A DNA stretch of 64,000 nt from Ylistrum balloti. Taxonomy: Eukaryota. The notes under the pieces were generated by a model. That model made no database searches, was not told where the DNA came from, and saw only the letters and a program-made list of their open reading frames with translations. The DNA is taken from the NCBI RefSeq assembly GCF_031769215.1, contig NW_026781864.1, positions 496,001 to 560,000 of the forward strand, written 5' to 3'. Of this stretch, positions 37,545-52,207 are shown piece after piece. Position 1 is the first letter of the stretch. Every line of letters begins with the position of its first letter. Both the position numbers and the translations under genes were made by a program.

Positions 37545-38156
37545 TTTGCAAGATTTTTAGTATCCTCTTCCTAATGTTTACGTGCAACATGTGCTGGAAC
37601 CTGACAGCAGTTATTATATACAAATAGTATTACGCCATTAGAATATAGTTATCTAAGTTTTATTTCAAATTTAACAAGAAAAAGGGAAAATCTATTCATT
37701 TTATACAAAAGGAACAAATAAACTAAAAAAATAACGTCACTTATGTTGGACGGTCATTTTTAGGCCATCTTAAATTAAAAATACTTTTCATCGGTTGTCA
37801 AGTGCGTATTGATATCAAAAAGTCACTGAACGCATGCGTGATAAGATGAAACTAACTTCCGCTTTTGCATATTATAATATGTAAAAACGAACCTGATCCG
37901 GAAATTAAGGAAAAGATATATTAACTATATTTTATCATCTGTCTTCCACAACGAACCAAAAGATATTTAGATTAAATTCAAATTATATATACATTTTTAT
38001 GTCATAATAATTTTGATATTTAGATCACTAATTTTCAAGGTCAACTGTTCAGGATGTATGATTACGTTGGTGTCACATTTACTTAGGCACGACCTGTCAT
38101 TGAGGCCATCTTGAAATTTCGGAAAGGGCACCGGCACCTAAAACAACTTCACAAAC
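37545..38156. promoter_or_regulatory. Probable bidirectional promoter STYXL1/MDH2
   Basis: Divergent ATGs at 37544 and 38157 (612 bp apart). NRF1-like palindrome acgcatgcgt at 37830-37839, ETS-like acttccgc/ccggaa at about 37855 and 37898, YY1-like gccatctt at 37764 and 38105. Confidence 0.6.
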
Positions 38157-41100
38157 ATGTTTTCCAGACTTGCAAGACCAGCTCTCTCAAAATGCATGTC
38201 ACAGAGGACATTCATGACATCATCAAAGGTATGTTTGATACATGACAATGGTTAAAATTAATCAGATTTTGGATTTGATTCAGAGTTGAAAGTCAACAAA
38301 GCGAACAGCTGAAAAGCATGTGGCGGTTGTGCTAAATATTATGAGATAAAACATAAAAGATAAGCTGTTGTATAGGTTAGAATATTGTATGCATTTATTA
38401 AATATTTTCCTATTGTCAGAAGCCATAGCAAGTATTAACTGCATCCCGTGTACGTAAAGTTAAATCGATGACATGTTAATGTCAAAAAGAAAACCTTGGC
38501 AGACTATAAATCGGCAAAAATCACGTATCATGCTTCTAGCGCATGATCATTGGAAACGGAAGGGGTACTCTTTTGCAGGAATGAATTGAGAGAGAATTTT
38601 TTGTTTGAGTTTTTTTTTTACCTTTTTAATGCATACACGTCGAATCTAGGTAAAAAATAATATTGTGTGTGGCAATGACCGAGTTTTAGCTATGCATTTC
38701 ACGGCATTTAACAAGAAATAACAAGTTTATAATAACAACTACGATAATGAAATTCCATGGCTTATTTTTTAAACAACATTCAATTCTTTTAAATAATCCT
38801 GAAATCACTTACGACTTACGAGATTTTCAGAGCGTTTGATGATTTACTTGCAATAGTGTAAATCTTACTTAAAAAAAAGAAGGCAAAAGCTATATGTGGG
38901 GTTCAGTTTAATAAGCTTTGATACACAAAATATTTCAGATGGCAATTCTTGGGTCCCTAAATGTTGTGCAAAAGAAAACACTAGTGCTATTATAGATAAA
39001 GCTGTTAAAGTTGTTATATCTTAATACATGTATCATTGTTGAACAGGACCATGCCAAAGTTGCAGTGTTGGGAGCCAGTGGAGGAATCGGACAACCTCTC
39101 TCTCTCCTGCTCAAAACATCACCAGCAATTACTCAGCTGTCTCTTTATGATATTGCACACACACCTGGAGTAGCTGCAGACCTCAGTCACATTGAAACAC
39201 CAGCAAAAGTTTCGGGTCACATGGGACCAGACGAGCTTGATGCCTGTTTAGAAGGAGCTAATGTTGTGCTCATACCTGCCGGTGTACCAAGAAAGCCAGG
39301 TGAACTACTATAATGTGGTTATATTTGAAATGTCTTCATTGAATGTATTCCTACCTCATCATTAAGAGCTGTAGCTGCAAATTCACAAGAACCATGATTG
39401 TTTATTTATCATGAATTTGGAAGATTTTTATGTCACCGCATACACAATAATCGTGTAAGCTGAAACATTCATGTCTTGCACAATTACAGCAGAAACAGTC
39501 ACATCAAAGTCTTTTTGATATTTAACGATTTATTTAAAAAACTACATATTCAAACTCATATTTGTACTGATGCAGAAAATGATAGACATTCTTTATGCAT
39601 GAATTCATTTACAATTGTGATTATTTCTTTCACAGGAATGACAAGAGATGATCTGTTTAATACCAATGCTAGTATTGTACTCAATCTAGCAAAAGCATGT
39701 GCTAGAGTGTGTCCTGGGGCCATGCTTGGTATCATCACAAATCCAGTAAGATCTATTATATTTTTCTGATTTTGTGTCATAATCAAAAATTGGTTTGAAA
39801 GATCTTTAAATAGATGATAAATCCCTGGCATGGTTATTCAATGTTTATTTACCGTAAAAACCCATGTAATGTCCGCACTTTTTTTCACCGAAAATCAATC
39901 CAAAAAAGGGGGTGCGGACATTACAGAGATATAGAGGAAATACTTTTTTCCTTCCGACAATTCATATCATATCTCCTTGAATAAAAGCCAAGCATAATGG
40001 ATCAACCAAACATGATTATTTATGATTATTTATTATAGTTTCCATGGTTATTCCTTTTTCTGATTTTGTGTCGTAATAGGAAGCCATGACAAAAATTGGC
40101 ATATACAAAATAACACAACATTTTCATTCTACATTTTATTTACAAAATAACATGTAGAATATTACATAAAATAAATAATCAGACGTTTTATTGATTATGG
40201 ATCGTTTATTCTTAATACAAATAGATGAATAGTTGTCTTCCTCTGTCTGGTCGTTGTAATAAATGGCGTTCTCGTCGTCTGATGGTGTGTCAGTAGGGTC
40301 AGTGGCGCCGTGGGTCATGGGCGGGTCATGTTCCCTGGCATGGTTATGGTAAGCTTACTGTACCATTATGGAGAATAACTGTTGTTATCAATGTTTCGGC
40401 CATTCAAAAAAGGGGTTTACACAGATGCGGATTTATTTAACTGGTTTTACATCCACTTTTACAACCATTTAGCCTTTTAGCAAAAATAAATTATCAATAT
40501 TTGAATATCAGTATTCAGTTACCTGTAACTTCATGTCTTTTTACTCTTCTGTGAAATCAACTACCTGTATATGGCCTAAACTACTATAAAGTTTCCTATA
40601 TCCTAAGTTTTTAAATCCACTTTGACAGTTTGTTTTAACATGATGTAGTATTTCGTCTATTATATGTTAAAACATTTTTTTGTATACCAGAATTCTGTTG
40701 ACTGTGAAATGGGAAGTTTTCATGTTTCATGAAAATATTTGATAGGTAAATGGAAAAGTTATATTTTTGTGTTGTGATAAAAGAAAACTCTTAGAGGCAT
40801 TTGTGTGTTTTGCAAAGATCAAAATTTCATACTCTGTTTTAGGTAAACTCCACAGTTCCAATTGCTGCAGAAGTATATAAAAGGATGAATGTTGATGGCT
40901 GGGAAAAACGTCTTTTTGGTGTAACAACTTTAGATGCTGTGAGAGCTAACACATTCATTGCTGAGGCCAAGGTAAGTGACACCTTTACTCAAAATTTGTG
41001 TCAAACCATCATGGTACATGTATTTATTTTGAACTTTGTCTTATCAACTCTTTATATACTTTGATTGGTTCACTGTGATTTCACTTGTTAAAAGAAGTCC

Positions 41101-44100
41101 ACCAGAGTGATGATAGGTTGACATTATAATGACAAATTATTCTTTATATATATGTATAGTCTAAATATGAAGTGATACCTGATGATAAAAGCCTACAAAT
41201 CTGTATGTCTTCTCCAGCCCCGTTTTTAATCTGTAACTTGACATGTGCTGACCTTTTTGCCATTTCAGGGAACTGATGTAGCAAAGATGAGTGTGCCAGT
41301 AATTGGTGGCCACAGTGGTGTAACTATTATACCAGTCATATCACAGGCTACCCCTCCAGTGTCCTTCCCTATGGTAAGTGCAAAAACAACTTTAAATACA
41401 CAGTTATTCAATAATTGTCCAAAAGAACACGACCATGTCACAATCCCAATTGCAATAGCTATATTTTGTCCATTAATCTCGGACTCTTCAAAGTTTCAGT
41501 GTGTCATAAGTATATTCTCTAACTTGCCCTATCGCCTTACTGACTTTGAGAGGTCCCTGAAATCATGATCATCATAGGAGTGTTCTAGGGACAAAATTAA
41601 AATTATGTAATGTCTCACTGTTTCTGCTTATTTCACACAAATATATATACTAACTGTTTTACTCAAAAATGAAGTTTGAAAAAATTGAAGCAAAAAAATG
41701 CAGTTAAGGATGAAAATGCACACCACTTACAGGGGAACTTGGGAAGTGATGATTGATCAGTTATGTTTGATATTAATAAAGCAATGTTTGAAGTTTAGTT
41801 TTAATGTTGTGAAATCAATCATGTTAATTTAGGTTTTGTTTTGTGTTAAAGAAATTTATTATGCCCTCATATTGATAACTTCCTTAGAAAGTGATGATGT
41901 ATTGTTGATGGAATTTGTGAGAACCATTCATCAACAAAACAAGGTGTCTAAAAAATAACACAGTGTATTTTGTTGAAAGCTGAAGCTCCATTACGATATA
42001 TGATGTAATAGGGATTGAATTTCATGTATTATGTAATTTCCAGGAACAACGCAAGGCATTAACTGTGAGGATACAGAATGCTGGTACTGAAGTTGTAGAG
42101 GCCAAGGCTGGAGCTGTAAGTTGTCTCCCTTAGAACACTTGTTTCTCGTGCAATGTACATGCAAATAATTCAATCATGAGAAAACTTTTGCCGAAAATTT
42201 TGCAATCTCTGATCATCTAATCAATGTAAAAAACATTTAATGAGCATATAATTGTACATGGTGTAAAGGAAATCTGCTATCGAAAGTCAAATATCTTGTT
42301 TTTGGTTTAATTACACTTGTCAATTTAAGTATATAAATTAATATCAATTCACTATGGATGATTTCTTATTAATGGCACAGCTGGTTAATGATAATGTACT
42401 TTTTTTTCTAAGATATTGGTTTTGTGCATCAAGTTTGATGATTGAAATTACATCTATTAATAAATTCACTCAATCATATTTTTTTTGTCCAAAGGGATCA
42501 GCCACTCTGTCTATGGCTTTTGCTGCAGCCAGGTTTGCAGAAAAGCTTCTTGAAGCTTTGGCTGGTGGTAAAGGACAAGTTGAGTGTGCTTTTGTAAAAT
42601 CCAACGAGACAGATGCCAGCTACTTTGCTACTCCTATCCTTCTCGGGGTAAGATTCTTTGCCACCTTAATATATATTGAAAGGATAAAGAAATGCAACTT
42701 GTTTCATTGTGGAATATTTTGTATCAAATTTACATGGTCATATATAAAGTAAGAGGAATACCAGGGCAATAGTGTCAATTTCTAAGTATCACCAAGATAT
42801 GTGATTGCCAACAAATTTGCAATCAATTATTGTTTTTACATATATGCAATGGCTATCCCACTGGGCTCTTGCAATGCTCACAGGAGGTAGCACACAACAA
42901 CTGGTCACTACTCCCTCAGGAGTTCATAAGTTGACTATGTGTTGATTTGTTTTACGCCTCAATGCCATGGGAGGTGTTTATGAAGGAGATCTGGACATCC
43001 ACATGTCACATCCAGAGTGGTTCATAAGACTTGCCCACTTGCATGACAAGAGATTAACAGCAGCCGAAATGGCACAAAATACCATTGGCATTGGATACTG
43101 TCGAATCTACCAAAAAAAAAACTGTGAAAAATAGAATGTGAGAGGCAAACTTATGCCATGGTTACTAGTGCGTTGGTTTGCCACTGACACCTCAATGTTG
43201 AAAGCACATGTGTCCAGACATTTCTTGACAAGATGTTGGAGGTTCCTGTTCATCATGGATGAATCTTGATTACATTATTTTAATCAATACCATCATTTTT
43301 CATCAATACCAGCGTCGACGAGAGCATCATGCAGATGCTTGTGTTTTGTAGCAGATATGGGGATGAATTGGTTATGATTTAGGGAGGAATTTCCTATGGT
43401 TTAAAGACACCTATAGTGATCATTTAGGGGAATTTAACAACTGTACACTATTGAAGTGAGATCCTTGGGTCACATGATGTGCCTTTCATTAAAAGGCACT
43501 ATTGATTTTTCAGTATGATAACGCGAGGCCACAAGTTACAGGAGTTTGTAGGGACAGTCTTGCAAACCAGAACATCGTCCCTATGTATTGGCTTCCATGT
43601 AGCCCCGATTTGTCCCCAATCGAACACTTATAGGTTGAATTAGAATTCGGAATTGAGCAAACATCCCAAATATCTTCTGCCAATTGGCCAATGCACTTAC
43701 CAAGGAATTAAGAGACAATATAACATTTGGGGAGGGCACACGCAATATTAGGGATCGGTCTGACAACTGACGTTATTTCAACTTTGTGTATATGATCGTA
43801 CCCTAATTCATGGTGTCCTTATGAGGTCCTCATTTGAAAAAAATCTCAAAAAAATTGAAGACGGGTGGTCCAATATTTGACATTAACTACTGTATTTTAC
43901 ATTTAGGCATATTGCTCAAAAATATCATTACATTTAACCATAAAGTTGAAGTTGCATTTCTTTGTATATGCAAGACCTGGAAATAATCTCAGATTACATA
44001 AAACAGAAATCTAGGGTTTATATCTCTTCAACATCAAAATGTTATCTTTGTACTGAACCACTGTATTGTATTTCATATAATTGGATAATAATTACCATTG

Positions 44101-44331
44101 TTTGAAACAAAAGTCAACAAACAGGCGAACAGATACTGCAGGATGTGTATAAAAATATATTCGTCTAGGATAACATTGTTTGATTCTATTTTTCAGGAAA
44201 ATGGCGTTGACACCAACTTGGGAGTTGGTAAGATGATTGAATATGAAATTGAACTAGCTAGTGCTGCCATGGGAGAACTGAAGGCAAACATCAAAAAGGG
44301 AGAAGACTTTGTAGCCAACAACTGGTCCTAG
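38157..44331 (+). CDS. MDH2: Mitochondrial malate dehydrogenase, complete
   Basis: Exons 38157-38228, 39047-39299, 39636-39745, 40843-40971, 41269-41373, 42044-42115, 42495-42647, 44197-44331. Transit peptide [12 protein letters not shown]; [20 protein letters not shown]; [20 protein letters not shown]; ITNPVNSTVPI; [10 protein letters not shown]; [20 protein letters not shown]. Confidence 0.98.
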
Positions 44332-46435
44332 AGTATATCAGCAACAGAGACAACTTGTTTGAAGGGCAGACTGCAAATTTATTATCTATGAAAGAGGTGC
44401 AACAACTCCCAACAACAGTGCTATACAGTCATCTAATGGTGCAAAATACAGTGCTACAGTAATACACCGAGGACTCCCATCATATATAAGATGTTCCAAG
44501 GGGTACAGACCACACACATACTCTAATTTTATTGGATTTTTTTTTTTCAGAGATGTTTTTTGATATATTATACAGAAATAACACAGACTTGTTATCCATA
44601 CTAGAGAAACAAATTGATCGCATAAAGATGGCTAAGACCACTAAGTTTAATGTTGAACACTACTTCGAACAGTTTATATGTTAGATAGGACATATTGTGT
44701 CTTTTTCAGCATTTTGTACTACCTTATGCCAGTGAAATAGTTTTCCTTGTTTTTGGTTGTTTCCTAACTTTTGAAGTTGTTTAACACCATGTGTTAGACT
44801 GTGTGATATTAGGTTCTCGTTTCTACGGGGAAGAGAGAACAGTCAAAAAATGTTGAGAGAGGAATTGTTTTAACATGATTAGAATATAAAACAAAGCTAT
44901 GATGAAGAAGATTCACTGCTATGTGATAAAATTAAAACATTTCCATACTATGATTTATATGTGGTTTATTTATTTCAACTTATATATCAACGTACATGTT
45001 AAAGGATCAAAAATGGAAAACTCCAGTTTTAAAGTCTTTCCCAAACTAGAAATTGTGAATACCGGTATGTTACTTAAAATTCAATACTTTTTGTACTTTA
45101 GCATTTTATAGCAACTGCAAGTACTGCAATCAACAAAGATTAAGAATTAAACTCATTATATTGATCTAAATAATAGATCTTCTTGTTAAGAATCTTCAGT
45201 TTGAATCTAACGACCAAATTTAGAAGAATAAACTGGAGATTCCTGTTCAAAAACCTGAGAATTAAAAGGAATCACATTTAATCATTTTACTCTGACTTTC
45301 TAATCTCTCAATAGTGTCTGTTCATCCATCCATACGTTTTAGCTGTCCATAGCAGAGACCTAATGTTACATGTGTGATGTACATTGGCACTACAAAATGC
45401 AGGATGCAGATGCTGAATTGGGCAAACAGTTGGAATTTTCGTGCAGCCCATATTTTGAAACTTAGTACTACTCTGTTTATATTTAAATTTGCTAAATGAA
45501 AAAAAAAAAAAAATGCAAGTGGGAAGGCTCTACAAAATGCAGGTAGAGGATGCAGAATTTGACCAATTGAGTTGAAATTTGGATAAAAAGATTTAAATGA
45601 AGTCACTTCAGGGTATATATTGGCCAGGATGATATGGTGCTGGTACATGTAGGATTGTTCTACAGGAACGTGGCCCCAGTGCCTAATCTCTAAAATATGT
45701 GCAGCATTGCAATGCAGCGAAGTTCTGTAAATGAGAGCCAGGTGTATTGCTTGGTTTTAGCATTGAGCGTTTAATGAGGAACTTAGAAAATAGTGACATG
45801 GGCCATTTTGAATAAGTAGTGTGAAAGTTGATAGCAATTTCTTATCACAAAGACATAGGGGCCATTTTGAATATTTATTCAGTTACATGCAGATATAAAA
45901 AAAATCCATCTCTTCATACATGTATATATATATATTAATACATGTATATCATCAAAATGATTTTTTCGTATTAAAATATAAATGACTTATTTTCTGGTAT
46001 GAAAAATAGATTTTTAGAGAGGAAAAAAGAGCAATTTTTTGTCTGTCTTTTTTCATCTTCAATCAGAATATGGTGAATAAATAGGAAAATGTCCCCTCAT
46101 AGAAATGGAGTCACTTGAAAGTGAAAGATTGTGGGAAATTTGCTTAAACTATATCAGGGACATATAATATAGATATACAATTGAGAATGAAATGTAATAC
46201 AAATGAGACAAAGTTTGGTTCGTACAACTCTTTTTGTTGTATTTTTTGTCCAACGAAATGCATTAATAGGCTCTTTGCTACAGAAAACTAATCGATTTTG
46301 GACATTAATCTGGAAGACCACTTGTTCCCTAGGTTTGCAGTTTTAAACATTGGCAACATTCCAGATTATACTACATACTACACACTTAGCGTGCAGAGAA
46401 ATTCAAGTGTGGATTGACATTTCCCAAGAGGATAT

Positions 46436-47460
46436 GAAATGAGGTCCATAGGGCCTGTATTGCTCACCTGGCAAATTTTTTTCCTTTTCACTCAAGAATG
46501 ATTCAGACCAAACTTCAGCAAAACCCAATCATTCCTATTATGTATAGTATTTTCAAGAATTAACTACATTTCCCTAATTGGTTCCCACCTCTCCCCCCTC
46601 AGGTGTCCAAGACCCACTGTTCACACAAAACTGATTCTCCTTCACCTGAGAATGCATCGGACCAAATTTGGGCAAAATGCTATAATTCCTACAGGAGAAG
46701 TAGGATTTTAAAGATTTGCTCTATTTCTCCGATGGGGCTAAACCCCTCCTGTCCCAGAGGGCTGAGACCCACCATTTAAACAAATTTGATTCTCCTTCAC
46801 TTAAGGATGTTTCTGACCAAATAAGGACAAAATCCTATCATTCCTACAGGAAAGGTAGGATTTTAAAGAACTGGCACTATTTCCCCTATTGGCTCCCCGA
46901 GACCCACCCTATATACAAAACTGCTTCCCCTCAACTGAAGAAAGCTTCAGATAATTTTGGGACAAAATCCAATCAGTTCTTTAGGAAAAGTAGGATTTTA
47001 AAGAATTTGCTTTATTTCCTCTTTTGGGCCATGCCCCTCCTGTCCAAAAGGACCAAAATACACTGTTTACAAATATTGATTAGTCTCCACCAAACAATAT
47101 ATCAGACCAAAGTTGGACAAAATTCATTCATTCCTGCAGGAGGAGTAGAATTTCAATGAATTTATTATTTTTCCTCTATTTGTCAGTCCCAAGGGGCAAA
47201 GACCTACCATTTTTTCAAAATTGATTCATCTTGACCTTAGTATGCTTCATATCAAATTTGTGAAAAATTCAAAGATTCCTAAAAAAAGGACCTGGATTTT
47301 AAAATATCCCCTTTTGGGCCTGCGTTTCAGGCTTCTGGATGCCAAGACCCACCATTTACAAAAAAATCTGTTGAACTTTTACCAAGGATGCTTCTGACCA
47401 AATTTTGTCAAAATTCTACGTTATTTCAGACTAGTAGGGATTTTTGGGTGACAGATGTTG
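46436..47460. mobile_element. Helentron-associated non-autonomous element with approximately 145-bp degenerate internal array
   Basis: Terminus gaggtccatagggcctgtattgctcacctgg (shared with the 50518 element); repeated tttgattctccttcac...gaccaaa...caaaatcc...gtaggatttt units. Confidence 0.6.
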
Positions 47461-48739
47461 TGGTATACTATAAAAATATCAGAGAAAGAAATTTCATTGT
47501 AATTAGTACCTAAATGTATATAAGTGGTATTTAAAACCTTATGGTATGCGATTCTAGGATAACCACCCAATGATATGCATTTTGCTGTCTTATGTAGATG
47601 ATAACTTGGTTTAAACTACAATAAATTATTTATAGTTGACAGTGTAACCCCTCAAATGGAAAAGCCATTTTGAAGGCAGGATGTCAATGTTTGAAAGCCA
47701 TGCCATAATTGAAGGCACAAGCAAAGTAATTTGATTGGTTTCAAGAGAAATAAAACTAACCAATCACAGGCTGAACCGTTCCTTTTGAAGAATACTAACG
47801 AGTGACACGCAACATCAAATCCATTATAATGTACCTTATGCGACCTCGAGGTTTGTTTGATCAAAGTAGGCTTTTCGTCTTGTCCACAAGGTCTTGTGCA
47901 TGGAGTCTTCAATTTTGCCTCGACATGTTCCAGGGTAGCAGTGAGTGAAATTGATTGTAATTCCTGGAGTATAGAGGATGCTTACAAGGACATTGTATTG
48001 GTCATCGCTCAATAAACACTGCTTCTTTCTGGTTGGTATCGAGACATTTCCATACAAATGTACAGTTAAAATAAACAAACCTAACAATTAAGGTATTATA
48101 AATGATGCCCATTATGAGGTCATTCTTGTTGGCGTAGAAACAGTGACCAAAAACTGTTAAAATGACGGAATATTCTTTTGTAATGATGATCTGCATAACG
48201 GACAGCAACAGGTGTACATGTTTATAGAATAAAATAGGTGAACAGGACCAGACAACGCCAATGAAGATCTTCTGTAACTTTATTAGTTGACTAGTTTCGG
48301 CACACTAGGTATGCCGTCCTCAGAACAGTACAAATTCAAAAAGCAGGACTTTATATACTCCTGTGCCTAGCAACTACACATGTTATTTCCACCAACGTCA
48401 TAGAGAGTACACTATTTGTAATGACGTAATTGATTGGTGACGTCATAATGCAAGTAAACAGATAATAGCGGAGTCCCGCTTAGCCCTCAGGTAATCCGCT
48501 GTGGAGTGTAACCGGACTTACCAGCCTTACCTCTTGGACGTTGGATCTCTTTTTCTTCGTAATGTTTATAGAATGTATATATCGAATGTCTATAATGTGT
48601 ATATAGAATTATCTAGAATATGTATAAAGAATGTTAATAGAATTATATAGAATGCAAATATAGAATTTTGTATAATCAAATAGAATGTGTTTGTAGAATT
48701 ATATTGAATGTATGTACCTATTACCTCTTCATAGACACC

Positions 48740-49730
48740 ACTTGTTAGCTTATCTCAGCTAATTGAGGCGCATTTTGTCGAGTCAACTCGTTGTTGTCCG
48801 GTTGTGCCAAATAAAATCTAGGATAAAACTTGAATGGTACTTGTTGCAAGTGTTCGTTCTCTGCAAAGTGTTTAGGGTAGGGGCTTCTATTACGGTGTTT
48901 GGAAGAGAATTCCAAAGATCTACTACCTGTCGACTAAAAGTCCCTTTAATGACATATGCTTCTTGAAAAGTTTTTACTATTACCTCTAGCAGAGACTGTG
49001 GACATAGTAAATAGTTTGTCTATGTCTAGTTTGTCAATGTTGTTATACCTCAACCATATCGTTTCGTTTACGTCTATACTCTAAAGTTGGAAGACCTAGC
49101 TTTTTTAACCTGGCATGATATTGTAAGTTCTTTATGGAGTGTACTCTCATAGTGACCCTGCACTGAACATTCTCTATTGCAATCTGATCTTTTTACTAAG
49201 ACAGGTGACTATACCTGAGTAGCATACTCTAGATTGGGGCGCATTAAACTTTTGTACAAGTTTGAAAACAATGTCCGTGAAGACAAAAGTTTTAAAGATT
49301 AATTCAACAACATGATTCCCTTTGTTAACTGCTTGACTCACATGTTCACTAAATTCTAATTTGTTGTCGAACACTACACCTAAATCTTTTTCTTTGTTAA
49401 CCTTTTCTATTTGTTTGTTAGATGGAAAATAATATTTTATGTTCTGATCAATGTTGCCGATGTTTAGGTGTTTGCATTTCTTTGTGTTCAAATATATTTT
49501 CCAGTCTATTCTCCACTTGATAATGTTGTCAATATCTGATTGGAGTTCTTGTGATTCAGATGGGTTAATGGTGCTTTTGAAAAGCTTAAAGTCGTCAGCA
49601 AACAATTTCATAGTGCTGTGTTGTGTTACGTCAGGGAGGTCATTGATATAGATCAGAAATAGAACAGGCTAAGGACACTGCCTTGGGGTACACCGCTTGT
49701 CACATCAACTAGACCAGACTTCTCACCATT
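48740..49730 (-). mobile_element. CR1/L2-type LINE, 5'-truncated and frameshifted
   Basis: Minus strand VTSGVPQGSVL, (frameshift) LIYINDLP...MKLFADDFKLF...LQSDIDNIIKW...EKDLGVVFDNKLEFSEH, and a 3' segment FSRQVVDLWNSLPNTVIEAPTLN typical of CR1 ORF2 ends. Confidence 0.85.
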
Positions 49731-50069
49731 GATATAAAATGTATATAGAATTATATATAATGTTCATAGAATGTGCATAGAATGTAAACATAGACCATAA
49801 ATGACATAACAAGACAAACTTGGCTTTCACAACAAGATTTTTTTCCTCACAATTCCACAAAACGTTGGTGAGAGTTCTCTTGGAATACTAGATGTAATAA
49901 CCTTTGGATGAAACCAATACCGTAGACCACTTGAATTATACTGAAGGAATGTACAGCAATATCTATGATAGTACAACATCTTTTACTAACACAGATCAGA
50001 GTCACAGAAATCCAAAGTTTTAATTTTTGACTTTATTAGTATACATCAAGACTGATCTACCTTTTACGG

Positions 50070-50510
50070 GAAGTGAAGTCTCTTTATGAGCATTTATATA
50101 GTGAAGACAAAGACATAGAAGATGCATATTTAGATGAAATTTCGAAAAATTACCACATTCCAAAATTTAGTAAGGTATAATCTGATAGCTTGGAAGGTCT
50201 CATTACTCTTAAGGAAGCTTCTGATACTCTAAAAAACATGTAAAACAATAAAAGTCCAGGTTCAGATAGGTTTACAGTGGAATCTAAAAAAAATTTTGGA
50301 AAGATTTGGGGAACATTGTAGTTAGGTCTTTAAATCATGGTTTTAGAAACGATCAATTGTCTGTCACTCAGAGACGGGGTATGATAACTTGTTTACCTGA
50401 GGGGGATAAACCCAGGCATTTTATAAAGAATTGGCATCCAATTTCTCTTCTAAATACTGTCTATAAAATAGCTTCTGGTTCCATTGCTAACAGAGTTAAA
50501 CCATAACTAG
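50070..50510 (+). mobile_element. L1/Tx1-type LINE reverse transcriptase fragment, degenerate
   Basis: LEGLITLKEASDTLKNM*NNKSPGSDRFT, then FWKDLG...TQRRGMITCLPEGDKP...KNWHPISLLNTVYKIASGSIANRVKP. Confidence 0.85.
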
Positions 50511-50514
50511 GAAA

Positions 50515-51800
50515 ATTAACAAGAGGCCCAGAGGGCCTGTATCACTCACCTGGATCTTTATGACCAACATTACTATATCTGTGCATATATTCCACGTTTA
50601 ACGCATTTGACCCCAGTGACCTTGACTGGGTCAAGGTCATTTCTTTTACTTTCTTGGACTCCATAAAAGGAACATACTGGCCAAATATAATGATTCTAGG
50701 CTTTCCGATATTTCAGAAGATATTGTTTAAACGTTTTAACACATTAGACTCCTGTGACCTTGAAGATTGGTCAAGGTAATTTATTTTGGCAAACTTTGTA
50801 GGACACCATAAGAGGAACATAGTAGCCTAATATAAAGTTTCTAGGCCTTCCGGTATTTTGAAAGAAATCGCTATAAATTTTTTAACATATTTTACCTCTG
50901 TGACCTTGAATATGGGTCAAGATTTTTTTTTTTTTTTGCAAACTCTGTTGGGCTTCATCATAGGAACCTTCCAGCCAAATATAATGATTCTAGGCCTTCC
51001 AGTATTTTGGAAGATATTGTTTAAACGTTTTAACACATTAGACTCCTGTGACCTTGAAGATTGGTCAAGGTAATTTATTTTGGCAAACTTTGTAGGACAC
51101 CATAAGAGGAACATAGTAGCCTAATATAAAGTTTCTAGGCCTTCCGGTATTTTGAAAGAAATCGCTATAAATTTTTTAACATATTTTACCTCTGTGACCT
51201 TGAATATGGGTCAAGATTTTTTTTTTTTTTTTTTTTGCAAACTCTGTTGGGCTTCATCATAGGAACCTTCCAGCCAAATATAATGATTCTAGGCCTTCCA
51301 GTATTTTGGAAGAAGTTGTTTAAAGGTTTTAACACATTTGACCTCTGTGACCTTGAATATGGGTCAATGTCGTTTCTTTTTGCAAACTTTGTTGGTCTTC
51401 ATCAAAGGAACCTTCCAGCTATAAATAATGATTCTAGGCCTTCTGGTATTTTGGAAGAAGTCGTTAAAATGTTTTAACACATTTGACCTCTGTGACCTTG
51501 AGAAGGGTCACGGTAATTTTTTTGCAAACTTTGTTGGGCTTCATCATAGGAACCTTCCAGCCAAATATAATGATTCTAGGCCTTCTCGTATTTTGGAAGA
51601 AGTCGTTTAAAGGTTTTAACACATTTGACCTCTGTGACCTTGACTATGGGTCAAGGTCATTTCTTTTTGCAAACTTTGTTGGGCTTCATCAAAGGAACCT
51701 TCCAGCAAAATATAATGAGTCCAGGCCTTCCAGTATTTTGGAAGAAATCGTTTAAAGGTTTTAACACATTTGACCTCTGTGACCTTGAATATGGGTCAGT
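50515..51800. repeat. Approximately 146-bp satellite-like array inside a Helentron-associated element
   Basis: Terminus aacaagaggcccagagggcctgtatcactcacctgg, then about 9 units each containing ctgtgaccttga and ccagccaaatataatgattctaggccttcc; two adjacent approximately 293-bp dimers (about 50700-51290) are near-identical. Confidence 0.85.
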
Positions 51801-52150
51801 AAAATTAAAGGGTGCGAAACATCGTGATGTAACCCGAGATTGGACCGATATGACAGTATATTAATGCCAGATTATCGCTCTCTGTCAAAATCTAGGGCCG
51901 AATGTGAAATGATGGCATTGCTTTTTTGACGTTTCACTCTTTGAAATATACCAAATATGTGATAGCATAGGTGTATAAGCTTAACAAGAACGCGCATATA
52001 AATATAATTGTATGAGACAGTTCATGTTCCGATTTAGCAAAGCTACTTTAACAGTCACGGTAAAAAAAATGACAACAAGATTTTTGTTCTTACTTGGAAA
52101 TTTTAGCGGGACTCTAAACGTGGAACTCTTCATTTTGAGGAGATACGATA

Positions 52151-52207
52151 ATGGCGGCTGAAGAAAATGGCTGCGAAAACAGATATTGTTCGGATTTCTT
52201 ACAATGA
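52151..52207 (+). promoter_or_regulatory. 18-codon uORF overlapping the SMG6 start codon out of frame
   Basis: ataATGGCGGCT...CAATGA (MAAEENGCENRYCSDFLQ*); main SMG6 ATG at 52167 is 16 nt downstream, in a different frame. Confidence 0.55.

Noticed and set aside
42950-43400. Possible RTE/CR1 reverse transcriptase relic on the minus strand in MDH2 intron 7
   Set aside because: Only a weak resemblance ([14 protein letters not shown]) with multiple stops; insufficient to call.
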